From Convolutriloba macropyga (taxonomy: Eukaryota): 64,000 nt of DNA. The first letter of the stretch is position 1, and each line of letters begins with the position of its first letter. Under the pieces are notes generated by a model, which saw only the letters and a program-made list of their open reading frames with translations, had not been told where the DNA came from and ran no database searches. This document shows positions 62,101 to 64,000 of the stretch, in pieces. The stretch is taken from the NCBI RefSeq assembly GCF_964194025.1, contig NC_134468.1, positions 4,712,001-4,776,000 of the forward strand, read 5' to 3'. Position numbers and translations under genes: made by a program.

Positions 62101-63932
62101 CCTAGTCCAGAAGATCGAACAAAAACGACGTAAGGAATGTTTGGTGTTCAGTTCTTAACGAAAGAAATTGTTTGTTCGGTGTTTATTGTTTGTTCGGTAG
62201 GTCCGACAGCAACTCCAAGAAAAACTATATTTGTTTGGTCCGGGACGTGAGAGGGCTTCGGTATAATTGGTTTCTTAGAATCTCTATGTTCGGTATTTAA
62301 AATTAAAATGTAAGTATGTATCTTTTGTTTTAAACGTAAGAAATGCTCTGAGTTTGGTTTGAAACGTATGAAATTCTATATGAAAATTGATCTTTTCGTT
62401 TTTAATGAAGTCAAAACCATACGATAGCGTTCTGTTAGTGAGAAATCTAAACGTACTTCTTGGAGAATAAGTCTGAAAGCTAGCACAAATTTATTGAAAT
62501 CTCTCAGCTCACTAACAAAAATAGTTGAACAAATATAATTTTCATTTTTTTAATTTTAAAACCAAAAAATGCAGAAATACTCACTAAAATGACGGGGATT
62601 CTGTTGATTATTTCATACTCACGAGATCTGTCTTGTGAGTTGGAACCAACAAAACCGACGGTTTTTTGTTTGCTACGCTTGAAAACGAACATACCGAGAG
62701 TTTTCTTTTTAGAATCATTCATACCAACAATATAGACGAAACAACGTAGGGGTTCTGTCTTTTTGTTGAACTAAAACAAAACTTACTGAAAATTTTCTTT
62801 CGCTTAAAAAAGTCAATTTTAGAGCTATTGCAATAATTATAAAACAACAAATTTTGTTATGCAATGCAGCATCTAAAGTTGTACTACAAAAACTGTACAC
62901 AAAATTGTAAAACACAAAGAAACCTTGCAATAATGCAACAGTTTGTCGCAGCAAATTATTTCAACAATTTTTAATTTGGTACTTTGCTTTTCCAAATATG
63001 TTCAAATTTTTTTTAAAATTTAACTTTACTTCAATAAATATTGCAATACGTCTGTATTCGCTTTTGTTATTAAATTTAGTCATTCTGCTATTGAACTGAA
63101 GAGTAACCAATAGCAGAATACAACCAGGTAAAAATTAACTACAGAAGTTCGCTTCAGTTTTTCTGAACTAAATTTTGGTAATGTAATTAATTTACTCACT
63201 GCCCATTGCATCACAGTTTTATAAACCAATAAAAAAAATCAAATATTTTTTTAAAATGGTTTTTGTAAAAAAGAATTATAGCTAACTTCCTCTAGTGGTG
63301 CACAGAAATATCGATTGCGTGAAATTGTAGTTTTGAGGTGTCGTCTCGTCTAGAGAAAATGGTTACAAAAAATTTTTCACCCTAAAGGAACATCTCATCC
63401 AATTATCTAACCCATTATCTAGCACTAAACTTGTTTCTTTAAATAATGGTGCGGAGATTTTTATTCAAAGTATCTTCTGGCATCGTAGGTATCGAGTTCT
63501 TAATTACATTTGCAAATAATTTTCAACATTTTGTAAAGAAAACCCTAAAAAATTGTAAAGATTTGCTATCGGTAAATGAATAAAATAATATTGAATATGT
63601 GAAAAATTTTGCTGTGTAAGCTTCACACTATAATAAACAATAAGTTAAATCATTATATTCAATTTTTTTTATTATATCATTATATTCAAGTTTATTTACA
63701 CGAAAAATTTTAGTATCTAGCTCTTTAATATATTTTTGCTCCAGCCATTATGTGCAGAGAGCCAGTTTTTTTCACTGTCAATTTAATGATATGATCATTG
63801 AAGTCCACGTCCAGATTTTCTCCGTTTCAATTCAGACACGGATACCAGTCTAAGAAAAATCCTTACTTAGTAATTTCTTTTGACAGCAATTTTTGGAAGC
63901 AAAACAAGCAACTAAGGTTTATTTTTATCAAC
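59113..63932. repeat. Recent ~2.42-kb tandem duplication (59113-61530 and 61537-63932)
   Basis: TGAAGCCATTGCCGATGCAATGG at 59113 and 61537 (period 2424); colinear throughout, over 90% identical by eye. Confidence 0.96.
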
Positions 63933-64000
63933 CCTAATGTTATCGTATTACACATTTTTAAACGTCATTTTCGTAACTATCAAGAAAATTTGACATGAAT

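Overview
AT-rich animal (invertebrate-type) genomic DNA with seven N gaps and no sign of prokaryotic organisation. The only host gene I can support is a class A (rhodopsin-like) GPCR on the + strand. Three phase-compatible coding exons (31565-31989, 42609-42837, 57801-57953) encode the N-terminus through TM5 and intracellular loop 3; TM6-7 lie beyond the window. Its introns are 10.6 kb, 15.0 kb and over 6 kb. Most of the rest is repeat-derived: a full-length but inactivated CR1/L2-group LINE (36076-40243), older LINE fragments inside kb-scale tandem duplications, CCCGGGT-ended MITEs with 2-bp TSDs, GGTG-ended MITEs with 9-bp TSDs, minisatellites and microsatellites. The most interesting signal is an HDV-like self-cleaving ribozyme core (~46418-46524), sense-oriented in GPCR intron 2 and heading a ~1-kb decayed retroelement-like insert; its P1 and P2 helices are imperfect, so activity is unproven. 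Other notable signals: a 178-bp palindrome just upstream of exon 2, an 82-bp core shared by MITEs with unrelated TIRs, a tRNA-like A/B-box cassette inside a MITE, and EKF in place of the DRY motif. All alignments and identities were judged by eye.
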